Assembly: GCA_013416795.1 (NCBI GenBank)
Contig: RQSC01000012.1
Coordinates: 75,042-139,041 of the forward strand
DNA length: 64,000 nucleotides
Reading direction: 5' to 3'
DNA from: Prasinococcaceae sp. CCMP 1430
Lineage: Eukaryota; Plantae; Prasinodermophyta
Shown here: piece after piece, positions 10,701 through 21,453 of the stretch
Layout of the letters: every line of letters starts with the position of its first letter
How positions within the stretch are numbered: position 1 is the first letter of the stretch
Position numbers and translations under genes: made by a program
The notes under the pieces: model-generated
What the model was told of the DNA's origin: nothing
Databases searched by the model: none
The model's input: only the letters and a program-made list of their open reading frames with translations

Positions 10701-12511
10701 GGTGCACCAGCGCGTCCAGTCTCTGAGCGACAGGGACGAGCTCACCGCTCCTCGAATAGAAGGGCTGAAGCCATTGCACTTGACGAACGAAGTGCTCGTT
10801 TGTCAATGCCACGCCCTCGCGCGTCGCGGGACGCCCCTTCTGATCGCCACCGTCCCATTGGAACTCTTTCAGAGAGCAATGCGCGTGGTACACGCCGCCA
10901 AGACTGTGGCTCTGAATGCGCGTCTTGACGTGCTCGGCGAAGATGGCGTGCAGCTCCTCGCGCGTGTGGCTGCAGTAGGTCGCAACGGGGTCCTTCCAGC
11001 CGCCTTTCGATCCCTTCGGTTGCTTCCGCGAGGCGTCGCCCTGGCCTCTCGATTGCCGGTGCCCACCCCCGATGCGCAATTTGCTCTTGCGCGTGAGGTA
11101 GCCGCGCTCGACGGGCCCATGCTGCTTGTAGCCGTCAATCAAGTGCGCGATGGGATCACGCACGACCGCGAAGTGAAAGGAGGTGCTCGTGAGGTTGCTC
11201 GTGCGATAAACTTTCGGGTCGTCGCGCTGGATCCGACCGGGTGGGTAGTTCGCGTCGCCGAACATCATGCGCAAAGAGGACGACGCCGCCTTCGGAATGA
11301 GCGGCCCGACCACCACGCCGTGCCCGCGCAGCAGTGTACCCGCCCACGGGCTGTGGCAGCCCACACCGCTCCGCGGCACCACGCAGGATTGTAGGTGCGC
11401 GGCGCGTGCGGCCGTCACCGACACCGGCTTTGGCGCCAGCTCCGCCTCACCTTGCCCGGAGGCACTGGCCGACAACGCGGTCCTCTGCTTGCGCGCGCCT
11501 CGCGCTCCGTTGCCGGCGGCGGACGCGCACGGCGCGAGCGCCAGCATCACGACCGCGCTGGCGAGCAGCCTCGCCGACGGCCAGGCAGCCCGCGCGCGCC
11601 TGCGCCCCCGCCGCTCTCCCCCCTCCCTACCCCCCACCCCGCCGCCACGCCGTGCCGCGCACATTTTCGCGCTGCTCTATGGCATTGCGCGCTCAGCCGG
11701 GGCCGCGGCCGCGAGAGGAGGAGGGGGGAGGCGGAGCGCAGCGCGCGCACCGATGCCTCCCTTGTCCCCCTCGCATTGCCCCTCCCGGCCGGCGTGCGTG
11801 GCCGTTTTTTCCTACTTTTTTTTTTTAGCGTGACTGTTCGACTGCTCACACGCGCACACGCACGCACACACACACACACACACACGCGCGCGCACATGCA
11901 CGCACACACACACGCACGCACGCCTACACACACACGCACGTATTCATGCACACACACACGCACACACACACGCACGCACGCCTCCACACACACGCACGTA
12001 TTCATGCACGCACACGAACGTTCCCCTCCGGCCCGGCCGCCTCGCAGGACTACCCCGACGTCGTCGCTATGCTCGAGAGCGGCGACGACGCGGCCTTCCA
12101 GGACTTCCTCAAGAAGGGCGCCGAGTGGCTGGAGATGAAGAGGAACTGGCACTACACCAAGGTGCGAGACACACGCGCGCGCGAGCACGGACGCGCGCAC
12201 GCACACGCGCGGGCGCACAAGCACGTGTACATGCATGCATGCACGTACGCTGACCGTGCCGGCGGCTCATTGGCGCGTACGCGCGCGTACACACGCGTCC
12301 ACACACACGCACACACACGCGTGCACACACTTCCTCCTCACAGCCTCTCCAGGAGCTCTCGCAGGAGGCTCAGCGCTGCCGCAACCGCCTCCCCGCCGAC
12401 CCGGTGGTGATGTACGAGAAGCTCAGGGCGCAGGGGCTGCAGTACGGCCCGGCCTTCCGCACCATCGAGTGCGCGCACTACAACGAGGCTGCCCTGGGGA
12501 TGGAGGGCTAG
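7763..12511 (+). CDS. Small (~138 aa) protein with a Ddi1 helical-domain-like N-terminal half and a GLQYGPAF motif; exons 7763-7897, 12048-12161, 12344-12511
   Basis: Phase-0 joins give ...[27 protein letters not shown]|[23 protein letters not shown]...|...[20 protein letters not shown]...*. TGTAA at ~12746. The exon 1-2 link is inferred from motif continuity. Confidence 0.6.
8373..9809 (-). CDS. Hypothetical protein, possible TM segment plus C-terminal coiled coil; about 3 exons
   Basis: Coding-like GC3 and GT-AG sites. Spliced end EERRAKAE|[23 protein letters not shown]...LWR*. Confidence 0.6.
10079..11664 (-). CDS. Type II membrane sulfotransferase-family protein (Sulfotransfer_2-like); intron ~10302-10187
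   Basis: Signal anchor; 5'-PSB-like [10 protein letters not shown]; 3'-PB-like FAVVRDP; HF.RQ..WL; terminal DYECLGF. Confidence 0.7.
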
Positions 12512-12649
12512 AGGACGCGTGCGCTCGCCCGCACGCGTGCGTGTGGGTGTGCGCGCGGTGTGCATACGCACACGCACATGCACACACACGCACGAGTGCA
12601 CACGCACACACTTGCAAACACACACGTGCATATGCACACATGCATGCAA

Positions 12650-12694
<45 letters not shown>

Positions 12695-12770
12695 TGCCGA
12701 CCCCACGTGCGCGCCGTGCGTGCACACTCGCACCCAGTCTCACGCTGTAACTCCGCAGCTCGCCGCGCCT

Positions 12771-12992
12771 TCACTGCACGACGCACTGCCCGCCGCAGCC
12801 CGCGTCCGCGCGCGCGTTGAGGCGCCTGAGCTCATCGCGGATCTCCGCGAGGAGCGGCGCGACGTCCGCGGCGGAGGCCGCCGCCGCAGACGCCTGGGCG
12901 CCGTGGGGACGCGAGCGCGTGCGCACGCGGCGTTAGACAGGGCCCCCGCAGACGCGCACGCACACGCACGGACTCGCACACATGTGCATACG

Positions 12993-13045
<53 letters not shown>

Positions 13046-13486
13046 ACAGACATGTGCGCACAAGCATTCAAACTCGAGCACACACGCACGCACAACCTTG
13101 GCGCTGGCAAGCTCGCGCTCGAGCTTGTGCACTCGCGCGGCGGCGTCCTCCACCGCGTCCGCGCGTCCGCGCGGGTCGATGGCGGCGGTGAGGCGTCTGG
13201 GAGTCAACGAGCATGCGCGTGCCTGCCGTCAGCGAATGCGCACGCGGGCCCGCACACGCACGCACTCGCACGCACGTACACACACACATACGCGCGCACG
13301 CCCGCATGCACACACACACCTCTGCCCCTCTGCGAGCTCCGCGCAGGCCGCCGCGGTGCTGCAGGCCGCGATGGCCGTGACCGTGTCGGCGCGGACGTGC
13401 GAGCCGACCTGCGGCGCGAGCGCGTGGAACGCCTGCACGTTCTCGTACGTGAAGGCGCCCTCGCGGCGGCCGCTGAACTGCGCCAT
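12771..13486 (-). CDS. Small coiled-coil protein with C-terminal CaaX box (GCGGQCVVQ*); 3 exons
   Basis: Two GT-AG introns splice in frame, and the product ends in a prenylation motif. Confidence 0.6.
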
Positions 13487-14029
13487 CGCGCGGGCACGCT
13501 CACGCGCGTGTTTGTGTCCGTGTGCGCACGCGCGTGCGCGCGCGCGTGCGTGCGCGCGTGACCGAGAGAGAGTGCGTGTGCGCGTGCGCGCGGGGGCGTG
13601 TGAACGGCGCGTCGCACACGCGAGCGCGCCCTCCTGTGTGTGAAAGCGCGTGCGCGCGCGCGGCACGCGTGCGTGCGCCCGTGTGGCGCGCCTTTGTGTG
13701 TGTACGTGCGCGTGCGTGCGTGTGCGCGCGTGTGCGCGTGCGTGCGCGTGCGCGTGTGTGTGTACGGCGGTGTGTGTGTGCGCGCGCCCGCTCGCGGGGA
13801 ACGGCCGCTCGGTCGGGGAACGGCCCGCGACGCCGCCGTCGCGCCGCCGTGTTCCACCAGGTTTTTGACCCAATTTTTCACTCACAACTTCAGACATTGC
13901 GCCCGTACGCGCGCGATTGTAACGGGGTTTAGATAGGTATTTTGGCGCCGGCGCCGGGGCCGGCCGCGCGCGTTCCCCGAGTGCGCCGCGGCGGGAAGCG
14001 CGCGCCGCCCAGCCCCCGGGCGCGCGTTC

Positions 14030-14060
<31 letters not shown>

Positions 14061-14177
14061 GGGGGGGGGGGGAGGGGGGGATGTCGGGGACGACAGGCGT
14101 GGAGAAGGTGGCGACGACGCGCTCGGCAGAGTGCCACACGCAGCGAGGGCGGGGCTTCGGCGTGCGGCGTGTCGGCC

Positions 14178-15226
14178 ATGGCGCCTGCTCGCGGTGCGTT
14201 CGCGCCGCCGCCGCCGCCGCCGGCGGGTGTGCGCGCGTGCCACGTCTTCGCCAGGGGGTGCACGCAGTGCTACCTCGCCCAGGTGCTGCTCGGCGGGTGC
14301 GCCACGCTGCCGCTGGTGTACAAGTGGCGCGCGGAGCCGCGGGCGCGGCGGCGGACGGCCGCGCAGTTCGTGGTGGACTGCTCCAAGCAGGGCCTCGGCA
14401 ACGTGACCTGCCACTTGGCCAACATGGCGTTCGCGCTGTGGATGGGCGACCCGCGGCCGGCGGCCGGGGCACAGTGCGCGGACGCATCGTGCGTGTGGTA
14501 CCTCGTCATGCTCGCCATTGACTGCTCAGTGGGCGTGCTGCTCAGCTTCGTGCTGCTCGCCGGCTTGCGCGCGGCCGCCGACCGCGTGCGGTGGCTGCCC
14601 GCGCTCAGGAGGTACGGCTTCTACGGCGAGCCATTCTCGGTCGCTCGCTTCGCGGCGCAGCTCCTCGCGTGGGAGTTCATCGTGCTCTTGGGCAAGACGC
14701 TGCTGGGCCTGCTCATCTGGCCCACGCGGCAGTACCTGCTCGCGGCGGGCACCTTCCTGCTAACGCCCGTGCGGTGCGCGCGCGCGATCAATGGCTTCGA
14801 CGTCGAGCTGTACACCGTGATGCTCTTCATCCCCGTCCTCCTCAACGGCGCGAGCTTCTGGTGCACCGACGCATTCATCAAGGAGCAGCTGCCTGAGGAC
14901 GGCGACGAGGCGCGGCAGCTGCGCGCGGAGGAGGGGGGGGCAAAGGTACGAACCCAACGCGCGAGCGCGAGAATGGACACGCGCGCCGCCGCAGCATGTC
15001 CGCGAGCGCGCATAGGTGCTGACGTGTCGAGGCGTTGCCCGTGCAGGTGTTGGGGGGAGAGCGTGCGGGCCAAAGGGTGAGAGCCGAGGAGTCACCGCCG
15101 AGCGAGAGCGGAGCGGCGCACAGGGCGTCCCGAAGCGGCCGCGCCAGCGCGTCGCCCACCCCTTCGGAGGTGCGCCCGCCCGCCGCCGACGAGCGCACGC
15201 GGCTGCTGGACGCGCCGCACACGTGA
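14178..15226 (+). CDS. STIMATE/TMEM110 (YPL162C-like) multi-pass membrane protein; intron 14946-15046
   Basis: LVYKWRAE..RR....F..DCSKQ..G...H..N; C.WYL....D...G; G.YGEP; M..IP..LN...FW..D.FIK; C-terminal dileucine ERTRLL; TGTAA at ~15258. Confidence 0.85.
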
Positions 15227-15679
15227 CACCCAGTGAGAGCGCGCCGTTGCATCGCCCTGTAACATACCGACAAACATGTGAGAAGACAAACATGCTCTCG
15301 CCCGGCCGTTACCCCGCACAGCACGGCCGATAGCCCCTCGCCTTCTGCTTGCCGCGGCCTGTCCTAAGGCGCAATGCGTTGTCACGCAACGCTGCCCTTC
15401 CTCCCCCCACCACCCCTGCTGGCGCGCGTCGCTCTCTCCTCGCTGCTATTGCTGCCGAAATCTCGCCCTCACCCGCCCTCACTCTCGCCCTCGCTCCCTT
15501 GCTGCTCTCGCCCTCTCTCTGCTCTCCCCGTGCTTGACTGCCGACAGCTGACACGATGCCGACTGCGATGGTAAGCCAATAGACGTAGCACGCCCCAAAT
15601 GGCCCGTGAAAGCACCCCAACAGTCTGCCTCCCCCCATCCCCCTGCCAATGCGCACACCACACACACACACACACGCAC

Positions 15680-15717
<38 letters not shown>

Positions 15718-15832
15718 GCACACATGCAAAGTCCGAGCAAACGCGCGCCCGATGGGTGCACTGCGGGAACACCGACAGCGCCGCTGAGTGTCGCCCGCGC
15801 TCTCGTTGCTGCGTTTTGCTGCGCAGCCATCA

Positions 15833-18142
15833 TTATGCACTTGCAGAAGGGCCCGAAGCGGTATCCTCGGGTTCCTCTTCAGCAGTAGAATCTGCCGGTG
15901 CAGAGGGCGGTGTTGCGCCGCCGTCCACAGAGGCAATCTTGCTGCCGACGGGGTCCGTGCCGGATTCGGCGGACGGCGCGGCAACCGCTTCGGAGGGGGA
16001 AACGGTGTCGTGCTGAGCCGCGGTGCTCTCCTCCTCGCCTGTCGGCTGCTGCTGCTGCTGCGCCGCAGCAGCGGCAGCCTGCGCCTGCGCCTGCGCCTGG
16101 GCGTGCGCCTGCTGCAATGCTTGGTGCTGCTGTGCAGCGGCAACCTGCTGGGCCTGCGCGTGCTGTTGGGCAGCGAGTGCCTGCAGATAGTACTGCTGCT
16201 GCGCCTGGGAGGACGGCCCGCCTGCTGCGACCGCGGCCGCCGAGCCTGCACCGCCCGCGGCGGCGCCATTTGCGCCGTACATGCCGCCGTAGTAGTAGTG
16301 GTAAAGATGCGCGTGCTGTTGTTGCAGGGCGGCCGCGGCGGCAGCCGTCGTGGGGTCGCCAGTAGCCACCGCCGTCGCGGCGTTCGCAGCCTGAGCGGCG
16401 GCCGCCGCAGCCACGCTGGTGTAGTCGTAGCCGGCCTGCTGCTGCCCCATCATCCCCGCCTGTTGTTGGGCGTACGCCTGCATTGCCTGGGCATACTGCT
16501 GCGCGACGATCGAGTTGGGATCCATCACGCCGGCGCCCGCAGCAACGCCGCCGCGGTGGTGATTGGGTGCCCCGCCCGAGTTGCCATTGGCACCGCCGCT
16601 GCCGCGCCGCTTGCCCTTGTAGTGCCCTCCTGGGGGCCCTCCAATCACGCCGCCGCCTGCTGTTGTGGGCGACGCCCCGAACATCATGTAGTACGGCACC
16701 GAGGGCGATGTGCCCAGCGGCGATGACCCATCCGCGCCGGCCGCGCCGACGGCGGCGACAATCGCCGGGTCGTACTGCGGGCCGTACATTCCCATGTATG
16801 CTGCGCCTGCGCCCTGCTGGCCATGCGACGGGCGCGGCGCGTATGGGCAATCCTTCTTCCAGTGTCCGGGAATGCCGCAGCGATGGCACACGTATCCGCG
16901 CGAGGGCTTGCTACCGCGGCGCTCGCCGCTGCTGCCGCCGCTGCCCTGCCTGCCGCCGCTGCCGTAGAGTCCTCTCGAGGCACTTGGGGTCGCGCGCGCG
17001 CTGATGCTGCCGCCGGCCGCCCCAGAGGGGGTCGTGGAAGCGATGACGGGCGAAGTCAGGGCACGCGAGCTCACTACGCCGCCGGCGCCTCCTCCGTCGA
17101 GCCCGCCGTGGCCAGCGCTGAGGGCGTCATCGCTCTCCGGAGGCGAGCCCCTGCCGAGCCCTAGTGGGAGCATCTCGGGGGGCTGGGCCGGGCCACATAT
17201 GGGCACTGTTGGCACTGGCAGGCCGCCATTGCGCCCACCGCTTTTGTTGCGGCCGCCCCTGTCCCTGCCGCCGGTGCCGCGCTCGTCCTGGCGCTTGCCG
17301 CTGTGCTTGAATTGGCAGTTGGCATCGCGGCACGTGCCGTAACGCAGCCACTGCTGGCACTGCGGCATGCGATCAGGCGCATAGTGGTGCAGGAACGTGC
17401 ACTGGTCGCCTTTCATGCAGAAGCCGCGGAACCAGTGGCGGCAGACGATCTGCCGAAACTTGCTCGCAGGCAAATCGCCGCGCGGGCCGTTGTCACCGTC
17501 GGCAGCGGCCGCGCCCTGTGCTCTGGCCCCCGCGCCGTTGGCGGAGGGTGTCGCGGGGGAAGAAGATGCGCGCCTGCTCCCTGCGGTGCCGCCTTCATCT
17601 CCGGGGCCTCGGTTGGGACGCCCGAGCGCCGTCGCGCCCGCGTGTGGCGCGGGCAAAATCTTGCCGTCCGTCAGCGCCGCATTCGCCAACGACGCCTGCA
17701 GCGCGGCGATTTGCTCGTCGCCGCTGAGGCTGCTGCTCGGCGTGCGCGGCGCCTTGTTCGGCGTGTCACCAGCGGTGGCGACCGGCGTGGGCGGGCCGGG
17801 CGGTGGGCCGGGCGGCGGGCCGGGAATCACCATGCCCTCGTGCATCCCGGGCGAGTCGACGCCATTGCTCTGAGGCTTCGACGAGCTTTCACCGGCGACC
17901 GGGGAGGCGACCTCGCGCGAGGCATCTGCGCGTGCAGCGCCCGGGTGCTCCGCGGGGGCGTCGGGCGACATGGGCGACTGGCTCTTTCGCCCCCCGTTTT
18001 TGCTCTTGGCCGCCGCCTTGGCAGCAGCAACAGCGAACGAGGACGATTCGGTCTTGGTCGGCGCGCCGCCGTTCATCGCCCCGGGCGGGACTGTCGGGGG
18101 CGTCATCGCAGCCGGCGTTGCGGGAGAGAGCGCGTCGGTCAT
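15833..18142 (-). CDS. Intronless low-complexity RNA-binding protein with two CPSF30-like CCCH fingers and a CCHC zinc knuckle
   Basis: FRQIVCRHWFRGFCMKGDQCTFLH, CQQWLRYGTCRDANCQFKH, YVCHRCGIPGHWKKDCP; Q/A/Y-rich C-terminus. Confidence 0.82.
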   Translation of the reverse strand: MTDALSPATPAAMTPPTVPPGAMNGGAPTKTESSSFAVAAAKAAAKSKNGGRKSQSPMSPDAPAEHPGAARADASREVASPVAGESSSKPQSNGVDSPGMHEGMVIPGPPPGPPPGPPTPVATAGDTPNKAPRTPSSSLSGDEQIAALQASLANAALTDGKILPAPHAGATALGRPNRGPGDEGGTAGSRRASSSPATPSANGAGARAQGAAAADGDNGPRGDLPASKFRQIVCRHWFRGFCMKGDQCTFLHHYAPDRMPQCQQWLRYGTCRDANCQFKHSGKRQDERGTGGRDRGGRNKSGGRNGGLPVPTVPICGPAQPPEMLPLGLGRGSPPESDDALSAGHGGLDGGGAGGVVSSRALTSPVIASTTPSGAAGGSISARATPSASRGLYGSGGRQGSGGSSGERRGSKPSRGYVCHRCGIPGHWKKDCPYAPRPSHGQQGAGAAYMGMYGPQYDPAIVAAVGAAGADGSSPLGTSPSVPYYMMFGASPTTAGGGVIGGPPGGHYKGKRRGSGGANGNSGGAPNHHRGGVAAGAGVMDPNSIVAQQYAQAMQAYAQQQAGMMGQQQAGYDYTSVAAAAAAQAANAATAVATGDPTTAAAAAALQQQHAHLYHYYYGGMYGANGAAAGGAGSAAAVAAGGPSSQAQQQYYLQALAAQQHAQAQQVAAAQQHQALQQAHAQAQAQAQAAAAAAQQQQQPTGEEESTAAQHDTVSPSEAVAAPSAESGTDPVGSKIASVDGGATPPSAPADSTAEEEPEDTASGPSASA

Positions 18143-19667
18143 GTCGCGCGCCGCGTCTCCTCGGCTTTCCTACTACTAACAGGAACGAAGTCAGGTAGGT
18201 CTTCTCGCTGGAGGGGCCTAAGAAGAAGATAGAGGTATTGTCGATCGGGAGATGTTGCTTGATTGTCTGTCGTCGGCGAGCGCCTGCTGCCGTCGTGTTG
18301 CCGCCACGCAGTATTAGTAAGGCCTTCAAAGTTCGTCTAGCTTCCTCAATCCAATTCTTCGCACAAGCTGCTTTGAATGCCGCAACGCCGTCCAAGGTGT
18401 CGCTGCGCGGCTGTTGGCTGCCACTGGCAGCGGTGTCCTGCGCCGGCGCGTCGCGCGCCGCCGCAGAAATTGGGCGCGCAGAGAGAGGCCAGTCGGAGAG
18501 CGGGACAGTGTAGGAGCGAACAGGCGGCCAGGGGCGGTAGGGCACGCGCGGTGGAGATCAGTTGTCGCGTGTTCAGGTGGTGGCGGTGGCGGGGAGGTCG
18601 CAGTGCGGCGCCGCCTCTGTCAGCACAAGGGTCGGTGCAAGGTGCGCTGGAGATGCGCTCATACGTCGGCTCGTCTCAACAGCACCGCGATCACTCGCCG
18701 ACAATGATTGGCCTTCTGAGGAATGAGGCGATGGCGGGCGCCTGGGCGGGGTGCGTCGCACGCCGCAGGGACGCACGCGTGGCGGCGTCTCCCCGATGGC
18801 GCCCGAGGCGGAACGCACCGAGCGCGTGGGAGGGGGGAGGGGGGTTCCGCCTCCGCGCGCGCGCTCCCCTCGCGTGCCAACAGCAGCGCGCGGCGAGGGT
18901 TGCGTCCGCCAACACCCCCGCGGCAGAAATCTCGCGCGCCGCCGGCGAAAAAGCTCCCGCCCCGCGCGGCTCGGCGGGTCTCGCCGCGGCCGGGGGAGAA
19001 GGCTACTGCCCGCGGCGCCAGGCGGGTTGGAGCAATGCCGACGAGCCTCCTTCTTCCCGCCCCTCCTCCCCCGCCCCCGCGCGGCGCCTGAGCTCCCTCG
19101 GCCCCGGCGCCGCGGCGCCGCGAAACCGATCCCCCGCGCGCGCAAAAAAATCCGCGCGCAGAAACGCGCGGCGCGGACCTCCCCCTCCTTCCCCCCCCAC
19201 CCGCCCCCGACAACCACCTCCCCGCCGCTGCCCATCCCCCGCGCGCGCGCCGCGCTCGACCACGCACCTCCCTCCCCGAACCCAACCCCCGTCGCCATCG
19301 CCATCGCACCCCGCGCGGCGCCGCAGCGCACTCGCCCGCGCGCGCACAGTGACCCCCCGGAGTCGCACATCGAAACACACCCGGGAGGCGCTCGCAGCGC
19401 CGACGGGATTGATTTATCCGCTCCGCGCCGAGGATCAACAGGCGGGGGGCCAAGCCCTTGCGCTGTCGCTGGGGCGCCCCCACAGCGCGCGCGCGCCGCG
19501 CGCCCTGTGCCCTGCGCCCAACGCCGCTCCCGCTCCCGCTCCCGCTCCCGCTCCCGCTCCCGTTCCCGCCCGCGTCCCCCTCAGCCCCCCTCATCGCCCC
19601 CCGCGGCCGAGCGCGCGCGCGCTCGAACCGCGCCCGCGCGCGATCCGCCGCGATCCGCTCGCGATGG

Positions 19668-19700
19668 TTAGGGTTCACATTAGGGTCAAATCAGGGTTCG
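19668..19700. promoter_or_regulatory. Cluster of three telo-box-like motifs
   Basis: ttagggttcacattagggtcaaatcagggttc in an AT-rich island. Confidence 0.5.
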
Positions 19701-20229
19701 TATTGAACCGCAACCAACATCTCTTCGATCTCCACCCAAAACAGACTCGGCGCGCACCCTCAATCAACGCAACGCCGCGGGGAATTCGCGCGCGCGCGCG
19801 CGAACTCGGGTGTTTCCGTGGGCGCGGCGCGCGCGGATGCGCGCGCGCGCGCGGGCAGACGCGGAGGTTGCTGGGTCTTTTTCGGGGTGGTGCGGCGGGC
19901 TGGCTGCAACGATGCGCTCGATTGACCGCGCGCGCCCCTGGGGGGCGCTCGCACGGCCCCGCGCGACGCCGCCGCAGCAGCAGCAGCAGCAGGAGGAGGA
20001 CCCCGGCGCAGACGCCCGCCCCCGCGCCGACTCCTACTCCGCCGTCGCCGCCGCCGCCTCGCCCGCGCCGGCGCACTCCCTCTCCTCCCTCCCTCCCTCC
20101 CTTCCTCGCCTGCGCGCGAGAGGGAGACAGAGGGAGGGAGACAGAGGGAGGGAGGGAGAGAGGGCGGCGCGGCGCGGCGCAGGGCGATGCAGCCCGCACA
20201 CCGCGGTGCTGCAGCAGAGGGGCGACACG

Positions 20230-20290
20230 AGCACACACACACACGTGCTGTATACACATTCACACACATACACACACACGTACACACACA

Positions 20291-20343
<53 letters not shown>

Positions 20344-20366
20344 TACACACACACGTGTTGTACACA

Positions 20367-20408
<42 letters not shown>

Positions 20409-20655
20409 GAGTCAAGAGTCTGCGCGCTGGATCTGTAGACGCGTGCAACAGGACTGTACGACGTTGGCCGGCGCAGCCGACGGCGCCGTGCCAGCCACCA
20501 GTCGCTTTCGACGCAAGGACGCGCCGACCGACGGCGTCCGTCCGTTCGCCTGCGCTCGCAATGCCGCGTTCCCGCACACGCCAGCGCGCACCGGAAGGAG
20601 TGCAGCGCCGCCCACACGTGTGCGATTCTGTGTGCGATTCTGTGTGCGTATGTGC

Positions 20656-20713
<58 letters not shown>

Positions 20714-20744
20714 GTGCGTGCGTTCGTGTGTGTGTGTGTGTGTG

Positions 20745-20781
<37 letters not shown>

Positions 20782-20970
20782 GTGTGTGTGTGTGTGTGTG
20801 AATGTGTGTGTGTGTATGTGTGCGTGTATGTGTGTGTGTGTACAGCACGTGCATGTGCGTGCGTGTGCGTGCGTGTGTGTGAATGTGTGTGTGTGTATGT
20901 GCGTGCGTTTGTGTGTGTGTGTGTGTGTGTGTGTGACACTGTGTGTGTGTGTGTGCGTGTGTGTGTTTGT
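20230..20970. repeat. Compound (CA)n/(TG)n microsatellite block with inverted arrangement
   Basis: Alternating long CA and TG tracts joined by gtgtcacac-type junctions. Confidence 0.9.
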
Positions 20971-21242
20971 TTGTAAGTGCGTGTCTGCCATCAATGTGCG
21001 CGCGTGCTGACTACGGACAGGACCAACCCCAAACCATTAGGGGCTATCGATACCTCACGAGCGATGAGGGTCTGAAATGAGCGCAGGCGAGGAGGTGGGG
21101 CGAGGAGGACGCCGAGGGCGAGGAGGGGGGGCAGGGCGTCGACTGCGGCGGGGAGGGCGCTCAGGCGAGGCGCGCGCGCGTTGGACGGCGGGGTAATGAG
21201 AGGCGAGGGGGCGTCGCAGTGTACGCACCCCGCGCGCGTTTG

Positions 21243-21296
<54 letters not shown>

Positions 21297-21453
21297 CGCC
21301 TGTGCGTGCGTGCCTGTGCGTGTGTGTGTGTGTGTCTGTCTTCGCGTGTGCGTGCGTGCGCGCTTGCTCGTGTGTGTGCGCGTGCGTGTGCGCGGGGCGC
21401 CGCACCGCGCGCACCCCGCGCGTGCGGCGGGCGTGGTACGAGCGCTACATATG

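Noticed and set aside
12771-13486. Heterotrimeric G-protein gamma subunit
   Set aside because: Size, coiled coil and CaaX fit, but there is no convincing DPLL or aromatic Ggamma signature.
19668-19700. Interstitial telomere or chromosome-fusion scar
   Set aside because: Only isolated, spaced and degenerate units, which fit promoter telo-boxes better.
18377-21010. Long ORFs rich in [12 protein letters not shown] (here and throughout, e.g. 43780-47300, 52125-53141)
   Set aside because: These are translations of CA/TG/CG microsatellites in introns and intergenic DNA.
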